Below are positions 1 to 10,117 of a stretch of DNA of 64,000 nt, piece by piece. The position numbers and the translations under genes were made by a program. This DNA comes from an uncultured Spirochaetota bacterium (GTDB lineage: Bacteria; Spirochaetota; Brevinematia; Brevinematales; JAOACQ01): NCBI GenBank assembly GCA_963835575.1, contig CAWIGG010000004.1, positions 960,001 through 1,024,000 on the forward strand, in the 5' to 3' direction. How positions within the stretch are numbered: the stretch's first letter is position 1; each line of letters starts with the position of its first letter. The notes under the pieces were generated by a model. The model ran no database searches, was not told the origin of the DNA, and saw only the letters and a list, made by a program, of their open reading frames with translations.

Positions 1-288
1 GCCACTTTTACATATTATTTCTCCAAAAATAAATAACCTTTCGCCGCTTAGTGCATCCCTTATAGCATTCATCATTCTAAGAGAATTTAGATGATTTTTT
101 AACCTTGATCCTACATCTTTGCTTTTACCGATATAGATTGGAATAACCTTTTCTCCGTACCTTCTGCAAAACATATAAACACCTGTTTTCTTAATAAACA
201 TCTCCATATTAGGTATTATATATACCAGCTTATCTTTAGTCCCATCCTCCATTGTTATTGAGTTATGCCATTTAATATCAATATCCAT
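1..288 (-). CDS. GIY-YIG nuclease family protein (3' end runs off the window; not in the ORF track)
   Basis: Manual translation from ATG 288 (AGGAGA RBS at 295-300): MDIDIKWHNS...KKTGVYMFCRRYGEKVIPIYIGKSKDVGSRLKNHLN... This has the GVY...YIG...R-L-x-x-H pattern and stays open to position 1. Confidence 0.8.
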   Translation of the reverse strand, partial: MDIDIKWHNSITMEDGTKDKLVYIIPNMEMFIKKTGVYMFCRRYGEKVIPIYIGKSKDVGSRLKNHLNSLRMMNAIRDALSGERLFIFGEIICKSG

Positions 289-375
289 GTGATGTCTCCT
301 TTAGTAAATTGAACATTCTCGTTATTATTGAGAATTAGACCAAAAACATTTACCATCAATAAGTAAAATGTTCTT

Positions 376-2124
376 TTAGAATCTTATTCCTAAAAGCCCG
401 CCGTCATCTTTTGCGTCAGTTAAAGTCTTCCTCACATACTTATCAAGGTCAAACCCTTTGCTAAAGTCTTTTACAGGCATTGTGTCCGAATTCATGGTGC
501 AGATGTACTGGAATTTTAGCCTTTCTGATTCTTTTGCTGCCAATTCAAGAGCCAAAGCTTTTTGCCGCTCATCTACATCCGCAAAGATTATGCTGTCATG
601 AATAAGAAGCCTGGGAGAAATATTTTTTTCTGCCCAGATTTGCGCAAGCACGAGATCGTAACAGAATATCTTCATGTTACCGATACCATAACTTCCAGAG
701 CGCTCAATAATGACTCCAAACTTAAAACCCGTCTTTGAAACATCTATTGAGAGCGTACCCGGCGCTTCATAGAGTGCTTTCGAGTTAGCATTGAAAAGAA
801 GGATTGCTTTTTCCTTCTGAACTTTCCTTTCTGACAAATCTATACTTGCATGCTGTTGAAGAAGCTCCATCTCGACCGTTACAGCACTTTTCCCTTGTTC
901 AAATATTTTCAGATTTTTTATCTTTATATCCAAGTCCTTCAATTCAGAAACGGTTTTCTGATGATTATTCTGCAATTGAGTATATTCCTCAAGGGCACCA
1001 TGCTCTTGCAGAACAAGCAGCAGTTCCACTTTCTTTGAGGACAGCTCCTGCTTTAGCTGCTCTCTCCCTGCTATTTTACTTTTTATATTCTCTATCTCTA
1101 TCTTCAAAAAATCTTTTCTGTTAGCAACAACCTGTTTGTGAAAAGATAAAACATCGTCCAACCTCTTAGTCACAAGGTCTGGCAAAGTTAATCCCGCTTC
1201 TTCATAAACCTTAGTTACAGATTCTGGTCTTGCGTCAACTTCTTCCTTTAGGCTTGCTTCATAGTACTCAAGAAGCCTCTTGTCACTTATGTTCTCATTA
1301 ATCAGCTCATGGATCCTTCTGGTCAAATCGTTTGCATCCGTCTCAATCTTGTTATATTGCGGATGCACCCTGAAGCTTTTTAATTGTTCGCCTTCCTGCT
1401 TCGCCTGCTCTTCACTCCTAACCTTTAATGCCTCGAGCTCTCCAAGAGTTCCCATGAAGCTTGCAAGAATCCCTGTCTGCGCTTCCTGCTTAATCTGGGC
1501 AAGAATTTTCACTCTGTCCTTCAGGACTTGCCATTTCGAAGAAAACTCCCAGCCGAGACCAAGAAGGTATGCGTTGTTCACTTGAATATCCCACTCGTGC
1601 TGATTCTTGTATTGCTGGAATGGGTTAAGAAATGCCCCGCTTTGGCCGTTGCGCCTGACCAAGTAAGAAATCATGCTCCTAAAAGTGGGGACGTACTTCA
1701 TATCGCCAAAGGAAGGTTTAAGGTCGAACATCAGAACTCCAAGTACTCTGATCCAGTCGTTTCTCGACAATACTTTTGCGCCTGTTTCTTTATCTGTGTC
1801 TGGAGTAATTGGCCATCCAGAGCAATCTCCCTCAATAACTATTTTGTTTTGTTCAGAAATGTTTCTGGTCACAGAGTGTCTTTTTCCTGCTATGTCAAGG
1901 TCTATAGTAAATGACCAACCCTCCATCTCTTTTTTGCTGAGAGTATCACCTTTATTTGCTCCGAAGCAGAAATGGATAATTTCAATAAGAGTTGACTTCC
2001 CAAGTCCATTTCTGGAATCTTTCTTTGTGGACTCTTTCGTTCTTTCAGCAAGAATTACGTTAAATCCTGACTTAAACTCAATATTCTTGAACGATGACTT
2101 GTTGCTCTTTATTGAATAAATCAT
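376..2124 (-). CDS. lmuB: Lamassu LmuB / ABC three-component SMC-like ATPase (DUF2326-type)
   Basis: Walker A NGLGKST, long central coiled coil, C-terminal GSYGIGNMKIFCYD and Walker B LLIHDS; last gene of a three-gene overlapping operon. Confidence 0.85.
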   Translation of the reverse strand: MIYSIKSNKSSFKNIEFKSGFNVILAERTKESTKKDSRNGLGKSTLIEIIHFCFGANKGDTLSKKEMEGWSFTIDLDIAGKRHSVTRNISEQNKIVIEGDCSGWPITPDTDKETGAKVLSRNDWIRVLGVLMFDLKPSFGDMKYVPTFRSMISYLVRRNGQSGAFLNPFQQYKNQHEWDIQVNNAYLLGLGWEFSSKWQVLKDRVKILAQIKQEAQTGILASFMGTLGELEALKVRSEEQAKQEGEQLKSFRVHPQYNKIETDANDLTRRIHELINENISDKRLLEYYEASLKEEVDARPESVTKVYEEAGLTLPDLVTKRLDDVLSFHKQVVANRKDFLKIEIENIKSKIAGREQLKQELSSKKVELLLVLQEHGALEEYTQLQNNHQKTVSELKDLDIKIKNLKIFEQGKSAVTVEMELLQQHASIDLSERKVQKEKAILLFNANSKALYEAPGTLSIDVSKTGFKFGVIIERSGSYGIGNMKIFCYDLVLAQIWAEKNISPRLLIHDSIIFADVDERQKALALELAAKESERLKFQYICTMNSDTMPVKDFSKGFDLDKYVRKTLTDAKDDGGLLGIRF

Positions 2125-2348
2125 TTCGATGCCCTCCGCAGAAGGCCGTCTTGGAACTCGACTGCACCCATAATGAATAATAAATCGAGACCGAGTGTAA
2201 ATCTTTCAAAAGTCTTTACCTCTGGAAGTATATTGACGGTATTCCATAATGCAGTGACTGTATGGTTGTTATCTATGTATTTAAGAAGCACTGCGCCTAC
2301 GCTAATCAAAGAATTCGTTAATCTTATGTGCTTTGTTGGAAGGATCAT
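2121..2348 (-). CDS. lmuC: ABC three-component middle component (LmuC-like)
   Basis: 75 aa, MILPTKHI...FERFTLGLDLLFIMGAV; 4-bp overlaps with both neighbours. Confidence 0.8.
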   Translation of the reverse strand: MILPTKHIRLTNSLISVGAVLLKYIDNNHTVTALWNTVNILPEVKTFERFTLGLDLLFIMGAVEFQDGLLRRASK

Positions 2349-3094
2349 TTTTCGAACACCTCACACTTCTCAAAAAGATAAACTAGGACAGCAAGTCCAG
2401 CTGCCTTCTGTTTGAAATTGTTACTCCCACCAGACGAAAAATCAAGCAATGCCATAAACAAATTATCACCCTCAAGCTCTTCAGCGTTTTTAAGCTGCTC
2501 ATATTTCATAACGAAGCCTTGCTTTAAGCGCTCTCCAAAATCAATGTCAGGAGATTTTCCAATATAGTCCCCGACCTGATTTGCCTGAATTGATCCCATA
2601 TTTATTAATGCCTCAATGCTTCCTGATAAGTTATTCTTTTTAATTTTATCCTTTGGAGGTATAACAGTAAAATCATCGCTAGGCATAGATTGACCAGAAA
2701 TCAAATATTTTGTGACAACATTCAACTCAGCAAAGGTAACATTCACAACCTCGGCCTTTGTACATTCCCTAATCCAATCCTCATGTTCCTTTTTAATCTG
2801 AAAAAGCATTACATCAGTATATGTATTTGGTTGATTGTCTATCTTTGTATGGCAATTAGGACATAACAATAAGAGGTTTGGGTAGCTATTTCTTTCAGTA
2901 TCACTCATGTTTGTATCGTAGCGGGCTGAGCCAGGGTTTTCTCCTTTTATGTGTGCAATCACTCCTATGATTGCGGCATTGTCAAAGTCATTACCAGGTT
3001 CAATAAGCTCCCGTCTACAATCAGGCAAAGCGCACCTGTTGCCACTTTTTATGCAAACAATCTTCTGCTGTTTCGGGGGAATATTCCCACTCAT
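2345..3094 (-). CDS. lmuA: Lamassu LmuA effector: HNH endonuclease plus ABC-3C C-terminal domain
   Basis: SGNRCALPDC...AHIKGENPGSARYD...NLLLLCPNCHTKID (HNH/zinc motifs); C-terminus VLVYLFEKCEVFEK typical of ABC-3C CTDs. Confidence 0.82.
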   Translation of the reverse strand: MSGNIPPKQQKIVCIKSGNRCALPDCRRELIEPGNDFDNAAIIGVIAHIKGENPGSARYDTNMSDTERNSYPNLLLLCPNCHTKIDNQPNTYTDVMLFQIKKEHEDWIRECTKAEVVNVTFAELNVVTKYLISGQSMPSDDFTVIPPKDKIKKNNLSGSIEALINMGSIQANQVGDYIGKSPDIDFGERLKQGFVMKYEQLKNAEELEGDNLFMALLDFSSGGSNNFKQKAAGLAVLVYLFEKCEVFEK

Positions 3095-3330
3095 TGCCTC
3101 ACACCAACCTCTATCCTTCTAGACAATAAACGGGGTAAAAACAGCTTCATAATTTACATTCTCCTTTCTACTAAAGACTGATAGGAGTTTTATAATTCCA
3201 GCTAAATGAATTGTAGTATAAAGAGATAAAAATCGCAAAAAAACACCGATCTTTTTGAAAATTAAGTCATGTTCGTACTTTTTAATAATAAATATATTTA
3301 GAAATCTCATGAATGTTAAACTAATTCTAT

Positions 3331-3360
3331 TTTTCTTCGTGCCTTCCCGCCTTGTTAATT
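3331..3360. repeat. Single right-arm repeat module (B type) at the edge of the Lamassu island
   Basis: TTCTTCGTGCCTTCCCGCCTTGTTAAT resembles TTCGTGTCTTCCCTTCCTGTTAAAT (about 13957) and TTCTTCCCGCCTGTTAATCC (about 37515). Confidence 0.55.
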
Positions 3361-3424
3361 ATTTCTTTTCAAATGAGGTAAGCTTTCGTCGGATGAACTT
3401 TTTTATTGATAAAAATCAAATAAT

Positions 3425-6400
3425 TTATCCCTGAAAGACGGCTGTTTTGTCCCTTCCGATAAAAAGCTCATCGCTGCCGCATTTCGGGCATTTATTATCG
3501 ATAAACAATTCTGATTTTTCAGAGCGGAAATCGCAGTTTGTACAGACCGTGTTTTTAGCCTGGTAAAGGGCCTTATCCGCCATGTCGATAAGCAGTACCT
3601 TGATCCCTTTTTTTATTCCTTCAATTTTTTCCCAATCCGCGCTCTTTATGTCCTGTATTTCAAAAATCTCCCTTAAACCGTTTATTTTGAGGTTTTCGCA
3701 GATAGCGGCCTCATTGTTGATGAGAGAAGAAACGCCGAAGCTGGAGGTGACATTTAACAGCTTATCGTTCAGATTAACGGATGTGCTTTTAATGTTGACG
3801 CGCAGTTTTTCCGCGACAATGGCCGCGTCATTCAGGGTCGCTTCGGGCAGGACGATGAGGAACTCCTCGCCGCCGTAACGCCCGGCTTTATCGTAGCTTC
3901 TGAGGGATTCTTTGATGATTTTACCGATCTGGGCCAGCAAAACATCGCCGGCCGGATGCCCATGCGTATCGTTAAAATTCTTGAAGTGATCGATATCCAT
4001 GAAAATAAGGGAAAGGTTTCGGAATGTCCGGAGCATGACGCGGTCATTCAGGAATTTCAGGATGGTATGCTTGTTGGCCAGGCCGGTCAGCTCATCTGTT
4101 GAAGCCTGCTGAAGCAGGAGTTTGTATTCCATGTACTTCCGTATATGCATATCAATATTGACGACCAATTCCCGCTCATCGACTGGTTTGTTCAGGTAGG
4201 CCAGGGCGCCTTTCTGCTTCCGCTCCAGCATGAGCGTCTTGTCTGTCATTGCGGTCAGGAACAGGATGGGGGTTTTCTTAAAGTCAGGATTGGATAAGAG
4301 CTGGTCGTGCAGTTCGTCGCCGCGCATTTTCGGCATATTATAATCGCTGATGATCAGATCAGGGCGGTATTGATATATTGCCTCAATACCGCTTTTTCCG
4401 TTCCCGGCCATGATGAAATTTTTATACCCGGCTTTGATCAGGTATTCCTTAACAATGTCCCTGATATAAAAATTATCATCTACAATAAGGATAACCCCTT
4501 TCTGCGGTTCAAATTCATTGTCTTTGTTCAAATCCGGAAAATCAGTGACTATTTCATCCTTCTGGCCGGAATCAATCAGATCGGAAGTGATGATGCTGTG
4601 GAATTCCTTCCGCTTGCCGGACTCGGAATTTTTAATATCAGCCGCGTCTTCGAGTATTTCCAGGTCCTTGAATATGTCTTTTCCCTTTTTCAGTTCAAGG
4701 ATAAAACGGGAGCCTTTATCAGGCCCGTCCGATTCGGCCCGGACCGTTCCCCTGAGATAACCTGTCAATTCCTTGACGAAAGCCAGGCCGATGCCTGTTC
4801 CTTTAAACCTTCCGTTGGCGCCGTTTTCAAGCTGTTCAAACCGGCCGAAAATGACATCGAGCTTATCCCGGGGAATACCGATCCCATTATCAGTAATGGA
4901 GAGCTCAATAGATGATTCTTTATCCTGGAGAGATATGGTAATTATACCGCTGCCGGGGTCGACAAACTTCAATGCGTTTGAAATAATATTATTAAGAATT
5001 TCCTCCAGTTTATCCACATCCGTATAGAAATCATTGATCTCATAGGAAGGAAGCCGGCAGTGGAACTGGATTTGAGTGGACATCGTCGCCGACAGATAAA
5101 AATCCGTTATATGTTCGATATAAGACCGGAGCATCAGCTTCTGAACATTCAGCTTGACGCCCTGCGCGTCCATTTTAGCCAGGTCCAGAAGCCGGTCTAT
5201 CGACATTTTTAATTTTAACGAAGCGTTATAGATGATGCTGTATCTTCGGATTATATTTTTAAAATCCTGGGTATTATCATACCGCAGGCCCAGGTCGGCA
5301 GTGTTCAGAATGATCATAAGCGGAGAACGGAAGTCATGCGTGATATTGGCTATAAAATCATTTTTTAGCCGGTCCAGCTGTGAAAGCTTTTGATTTGAGT
5401 CCTCAAGAGCGGCGGTCTTTTCCTGGATTATTTCCATATTCTTCATAATCTCTTTCTGCGCCGATTTCAGGCTCAGATTCGCTTTCTTCAAATTATCCAG
5501 CACCAGGGCCCCATGAATAGCGCTCGAAAGTTCGATGGAAAGAGTGTTATATAATCTTTCATCGACAGGCCCGGGTTCAAAGATGATATAACCTATCAGT
5601 TCCTGATGAATATGGATAAAATAAACCAGGAATGTATGGCTTTCTTTATCATAAAGCAGGCTTTCCAGCTGGTTTTTAGCGTCTTTTGAAATAGACCTGC
5701 TTTTTGGTTCCGCCCTTTTCCCATTGATTAATGAAAAAACAAGACGTTCTTTTGCTAATGTATCTTTTCCGTCCGGGAATAAAAAGATATGGCAATTCGG
5801 AACATTGATCCTTTTCAGGCTGGATTCAAACACATCCAGCAGTTTGTTAATATTAAACGTTATGACAATATTCTGGCCGATTTCCTGCATGACATGAGAA
5901 CTGCCCCGCCTCAGGACATCGCTGAAGCCTAAAACAGCCTCTATATGCTCTTGAATGACTATCTGAGACTTCAGCCATATATTCTCAGCCTGTTCACTCT
6001 GTCCCTTCAGGCATGGCGTGATAAAAGAACGGAATGTCAGAATATCCTGCTGTAAGTTGTAAAGCTCTTCAACGGTGATACCATGAGCAAAAATATTGCT
6101 TTCAAGCGTTTTTAAAAATCTGGTTTCGCTTTTATTTTTAATATCAGACTGAAAGCCGGAAAGAATTTTATCGAAATCCAGGATCTTGAGAGTGAGATTG
6201 CTTGCTTTAAAATCCTGCTTCAATTTTGCGCTTTCGATATTTCCGGCGGCGGTTTTTCTGTTTTCAAGAATATCAATTTTGACCCGGTCAAGCCTGCTGG
6301 AATCACAGCCGCAGGACCTTCTGATGCGTATCTCTCCCTGGACCGGAATAAGAAGGGGGGCTTTTTCACCGCCGATCATCTTCAATATAGTCAGACAGCC

Positions 6401-7171
6401 CACATATGCCTGCTGATAATACGGATAATAAACGGAAGTAAAAGAAGGATTGGAATACCGCCCTCTATCGCCGTCCTCCCAGCTGGTCAGCGCGATATCA
6501 TCAGGGACCCTGAGGTTCCTTGCCTTCAGTTCGTCCAGGATCAGCAGAGATTCGTATGTATACATGGACATGATCGCGTCTACTTCGATTTTTCTTTTAT
6601 CAAAAAGGATTGCCGCGATTTTTTTGGCCCGTTTAACGAAGAACCAGTCAACAGGCTTGTCCAGGTCCTCGTTTGTTAAAACCAGTTCCTTTTTAAAGAG
6701 CCCATGCTCTTTCATATATGCTTCATAGTCCTGATACCTGTTGTCCGGAATGATCGGTTTGACAAAGACTATGTTTTTATAATGATGCTTTTGTGTAAGG
6801 TGTTCAAGCAGTTCTTTTACATGTTCTCCGCCCTTCATATGAATGGAAGTGATGTTTTCCACTTCCCTGCCGATACTGACCAACGGCAGGGGCATCAGGT
6901 CTTTGAGAAGGCCCAGAAATTTTTTTGGGTTTTCCGCTATATCGCCCGACCAGCCCAGAAAAAGAAGACCGTCGGGCCTGACTTTCTTGATCATGGCGGT
7001 CATCAGTTCCAGGGGATAAGGATAGCGGTTCGCGTTGATATAAGTTTCAATCGTAAAACGGACAAGATTAAAATCATTTTCTTCGGCCGCTTTCATAGCG
7101 CCGGCGAGCATCTGGCTTTGATAATCATCGACAGACGTATCGCCGATGAAAGCAATCGTTTTTTTTCTCAT
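3425..7171 (-). CDS. Hybrid signalling protein: LacI-type sugar-binding domain, HisKA, HATPase, REC and GGDEF (with zinc-ribbon insert)
   Basis: N-terminal LRVPDDIALTSWED...IRRSCGC; H-box THDFRSPL; NNIISNALKF, DNGIGI, GTGIGL; REC ILIVDDN...ISDYNMP; RSYD I-site and GGEEF. Confidence 0.9.
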   Translation of the reverse strand: MRKKTIAFIGDTSVDDYQSQMLAGAMKAAEENDFNLVRFTIETYINANRYPYPLELMTAMIKKVRPDGLLFLGWSGDIAENPKKFLGLLKDLMPLPLVSIGREVENITSIHMKGGEHVKELLEHLTQKHHYKNIVFVKPIIPDNRYQDYEAYMKEHGLFKKELVLTNEDLDKPVDWFFVKRAKKIAAILFDKRKIEVDAIMSMYTYESLLILDELKARNLRVPDDIALTSWEDGDRGRYSNPSFTSVYYPYYQQAYVGCLTILKMIGGEKAPLLIPVQGEIRIRRSCGCDSSRLDRVKIDILENRKTAAGNIESAKLKQDFKASNLTLKILDFDKILSGFQSDIKNKSETRFLKTLESNIFAHGITVEELYNLQQDILTFRSFITPCLKGQSEQAENIWLKSQIVIQEHIEAVLGFSDVLRRGSSHVMQEIGQNIVITFNINKLLDVFESSLKRINVPNCHIFLFPDGKDTLAKERLVFSLINGKRAEPKSRSISKDAKNQLESLLYDKESHTFLVYFIHIHQELIGYIIFEPGPVDERLYNTLSIELSSAIHGALVLDNLKKANLSLKSAQKEIMKNMEIIQEKTAALEDSNQKLSQLDRLKNDFIANITHDFRSPLMIILNTADLGLRYDNTQDFKNIIRRYSIIYNASLKLKMSIDRLLDLAKMDAQGVKLNVQKLMLRSYIEHITDFYLSATMSTQIQFHCRLPSYEINDFYTDVDKLEEILNNIISNALKFVDPGSGIITISLQDKESSIELSITDNGIGIPRDKLDVIFGRFEQLENGANGRFKGTGIGLAFVKELTGYLRGTVRAESDGPDKGSRFILELKKGKDIFKDLEILEDAADIKNSESGKRKEFHSIITSDLIDSGQKDEIVTDFPDLNKDNEFEPQKGVILIVDDNFYIRDIVKEYLIKAGYKNFIMAGNGKSGIEAIYQYRPDLIISDYNMPKMRGDELHDQLLSNPDFKKTPILFLTAMTDKTLMLERKQKGALAYLNKPVDERELVVNIDMHIRKYMEYKLLLQQASTDELTGLANKHTILKFLNDRVMLRTFRNLSLIFMDIDHFKNFNDTHGHPAGDVLLAQIGKIIKESLRSYDKAGRYGGEEFLIVLPEATLNDAAIVAEKLRVNIKSTSVNLNDKLLNVTSSFGVSSLINNEAAICENLKINGLREIFEIQDIKSADWEKIEGIKKGIKVLLIDMADKALYQAKNTVCTNCDFRSEKSELFIDNKCPKCGSDELFIGRDKTAVFQG

Positions 7172-7521
7172 AAGAACACCTTCGGTTCAAAAATTGATAT
7201 CAACTTAAAAAAAGCTTTGAAATACAGCCCTGAAAATCCCCGCTTTATTATCATATATTATATCTCTTTTAAAATTATCTCAAGCTTAATTTTTAAATAT
7301 TATTTATGAATGCCTGATAATTGCCAATTCCGGATGACGGGATAATCTGGCTGTGTAATACTCAAAATAAGAAACAATCCAGGGTGTTTAACTTCACTCA
7401 AAATTGATGATAAAACCCGTTTAGACCGGCAAAAAACAGATATGAGTGAGGCCATTCTTGACAGGCCGTTCCCGGCGCCCTAAAATAATCAGTTTTATAA
7501 AAGAGAAGAGGTGAATGCTCT

Positions 7522-8778
7522 TTGAAAATATTTATCGAGACCGTCGGCTGCAAGCTCAACCAGTTTGAGTCGCAGGCGCTGGCTGAAAGTTTTGAAGGAA
7601 AGGACTTCCTGATCGCCGGAACGCTGGAAGAAGCTGATTTTGTTGTCGTAAATACATGCTCGGTCACAAACCGCGCGGATATAAAATCAAGGCAGGTGAT
7701 GAAGCGGGCGAAAAAGCTCGGTAAGAAAGTTGTCGCGACCGGGTGCTATGCCACGATGGACTATCTTGAGATAAAAAACGGCGATTACGCCGATATCATC
7801 GTGAAAAACAACGCGAAGTTTTCCATACCGGAGATCATCGAAGGCAGGATCCGGCTGGAAGAAGAGCTTTCGGAATTGAAAACCGCCGGTGAATTCCCCA
7901 TTGTCAGACAGTTTGAAAGGACGCGCGCTTTTGTTAAAATTCAGGACGGCTGCGATAAATTCTGCGCATACTGCAGGATCCCCCATGCCCGGGGCAGAAG
8001 CCGCAGCCTGGCGCCGGAAGCGGTCGTGAAATTTGTCGGAAGCCTTGTCGAAAGCGGATACAAAGAGGTGGTCCTGACGGGCATTAACATAAGCGATTAC
8101 CGTTCCGGGCCCGAACGCCTGTATGATCTTCTGATTAAAGTGCTTGAAATTCCCGGGGATTTCCGTTTGCGGCTTTCCTCGCTTCAGCCGGATGAATTTG
8201 ATGTCAGGATCCTTGAACTTCTTGATACCGGAAAGCTGGCGAACCATTTTCATCTTTCACTCCAGAGCGGAAGCAAAGGCGTGCTGAAGCGGATGAAAAG
8301 GGATTATACCCCGGAATTATTTTTAAGCATCACCGGTCAAATCAGGCAGTATGATGAAAGCTGCGGCCTGACCACCGATATCATCGCGGGCTTTCCGGAA
8401 GAGACAGAGGAAGAATTTGAAGAGACGGTCCGCCTGATAAAAGAAGCGGAATTCAGCCGGGCGCATATCTTTCCATATTCATCCAGGCCGCATACTGCCG
8501 CCGCTGTCTTTAAAGACCTGCCCGCTGATATTAAAAAAGAGCGGGTGAGGGCCCTGGAGGAAGAAGTATACAGGAGCGCCGCAGGTTTTATTGATAGGTC
8601 AGTTCTTGGAAGGGATTTCCATGTTCTTCTGGAAACACATGATAATGAAAAATGGACGGGCTATACTTCAAATTACATCAAAGTCCATACGCGATGTAAC
8701 GGACAGGAAAATACTTTCATAGATTTTACACCTTCTCAGATTGTCCGGAACGGATCTGTTCCGGAGCTGATAGACTGA
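7522..8778 (+). CDS. mtaB: tRNA t6A37 methylthiotransferase MtaB
   Basis: GCKLNQFES and NTCSVT (UPF0004 domain); radical SAM motif CDKFCAYC; HFHLSLQSG; TTG start. Confidence 0.9.
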   Translation: MKIFIETVGCKLNQFESQALAESFEGKDFLIAGTLEEADFVVVNTCSVTNRADIKSRQVMKRAKKLGKKVVATGCYATMDYLEIKNGDYADIIVKNNAKFSIPEIIEGRIRLEEELSELKTAGEFPIVRQFERTRAFVKIQDGCDKFCAYCRIPHARGRSRSLAPEAVVKFVGSLVESGYKEVVLTGINISDYRSGPERLYDLLIKVLEIPGDFRLRLSSLQPDEFDVRILELLDTGKLANHFHLSLQSGSKGVLKRMKRDYTPELFLSITGQIRQYDESCGLTTDIIAGFPEETEEEFEETVRLIKEAEFSRAHIFPYSSRPHTAAAVFKDLPADIKKERVRALEEEVYRSAAGFIDRSVLGRDFHVLLETHDNEKWTGYTSNYIKVHTRCNGQENTFIDFTPSQIVRNGSVPELID

Positions 8779-8872
8779 CTCCGGCAAAACGTCATTCCTT
8801 GAATTTTATACTGTATAAACTTATAATATTGATGTCAAAAAAACGTTTTTTTATAAAAAAGGGGGAGAGCAC

Positions 8873-9742
8873 ATGGATATTATCGCGACGATTAACGGCG
8901 AGGATATAACGGCGGAAATGCTGGATAATGCCGTGGGACGCTATATTGTCCAGCTTGAGGAAGATGAAGAAGCGGAATTTAAACCGACTAAAGAGAATTT
9001 GAAATATATTAAAACAGAAGTGCTGAATTTTTTAATTGAGAGGATCCTCCTTTTAAAAAGAGTGGAAATTGAAGGAATTGATGTTTCAAGGGACGCTATT
9101 CTGCAGAATATCCAGATCATCAGGAAGAATTTTGCTTCCGCCGAGGAATGGAATAACAATTTACTGGCTTTAAAGATCAGCGAGGACAATCTGTTTAATG
9201 AAATAAAGAAAGATATGATGATAGAAAAATTCCTGGATAATAATCTCGTCAATAAAGTTCAATTCGGAGAGAAAGAACTCCTAGACTACTATCAGGAAAA
9301 TGAAACAACCATGAAGGAGCCGGACCTTTTTACCTTTTATGAGGTATACGCCAATAATGCCGGGGAAGTCAAGAATGTTTACACTCTTCTGCAGAACAAT
9401 ACGGATGTCAGCGCGATGAAAGACGGGATAAAAAGCATAGGGCTTGAACTGCATAATCATACCGACATTCCCAGCTATCAGCTCCCCGAGGAAGTGTATA
9501 ATGTTCTTGCGGACCTGGAACCGGGGAAGATCGCTTCCATGCAGGCTTCGGACGCGGGAATGCTTGTCTATAAGATGATCAATAAAACGCCGGGAAAGAA
9601 GCTCGTGTTTGATGAAATCAAGGAAAAACTCGCCGATTATCTGATCAAGGCGTCAAAGCAGGAATTGATGGAGCATTTTGTCAGCGAGGAAATGGAGAAG
9701 GCGAAAATTGAATATAAGAACATGTCTTATCTGGAAAAATAA
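8873..9742 (+). CDS. SurA/PrsA-like chaperone with a degenerate parvulin-like region
   Basis: IIATINGEDIT N-terminus, VLNFLIERILL, ELLDYYQEN, C-terminal EKAKIEY; no obvious signal peptide. Confidence 0.65.
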   Translation: MDIIATINGEDITAEMLDNAVGRYIVQLEEDEEAEFKPTKENLKYIKTEVLNFLIERILLLKRVEIEGIDVSRDAILQNIQIIRKNFASAEEWNNNLLALKISEDNLFNEIKKDMMIEKFLDNNLVNKVQFGEKELLDYYQENETTMKEPDLFTFYEVYANNAGEVKNVYTLLQNNTDVSAMKDGIKSIGLELHNHTDIPSYQLPEEVYNVLADLEPGKIASMQASDAGMLVYKMINKTPGKKLVFDEIKEKLADYLIKASKQELMEHFVSEEMEKAKIEYKNMSYLEK

Positions 9743-9763
9743 GAGATTCTTGAAAATCTTATC

Positions 9764-10117
9764 ATGAAAGCTCTTGATTTTATCGTTATTATCCTTGTTT
9801 TATTTGCCGGCTTAAGCGGGATAATTTACAGTCTGAATGGAAGCGGCGGTGATTTTATCCGGATCACATGCCCTGACGGGGAATACCGCTATTCTTTATC
9901 AAAGGACAGGGTTGTCCGTTTAAAGGGAGCGGCGGGCTTTCTCACGGCCGAGATAAAAAACGGCAGGGTCCGTGTCAGCGAATCGTCCTGCCCCTTTCAA
10001 GTATGCCGGGGCCGCGGCTGGATTTATCTGTCCGGCGACAGCATTGTCTGCGTTCCCAACCGCATCACGATAAAAATAACCGGGACCAGGCAGGATTTCG
10101 ATGCAATTACTGAATGA
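9764..10117 (+). CDS. NusG domain II-containing (Lin0431-like) exported protein
   Basis: N-terminal TM; GRVRVSESSCPFQVC...GWI...IVCVPNRITIKI. Confidence 0.85.
   Translation: MKALDFIVIILVLFAGLSGIIYSLNGSGGDFIRITCPDGEYRYSLSKDRVVRLKGAAGFLTAEIKNGRVRVSESSCPFQVCRGRGWIYLSGDSIVCVPNRITIKITGTRQDFDAITE

Noticed and set aside
3119..3310. 63-aa ORF upstream of lmuA
   Set aside because: Low-complexity AT-rich sequence with no RBS or motif; more likely the promoter region.
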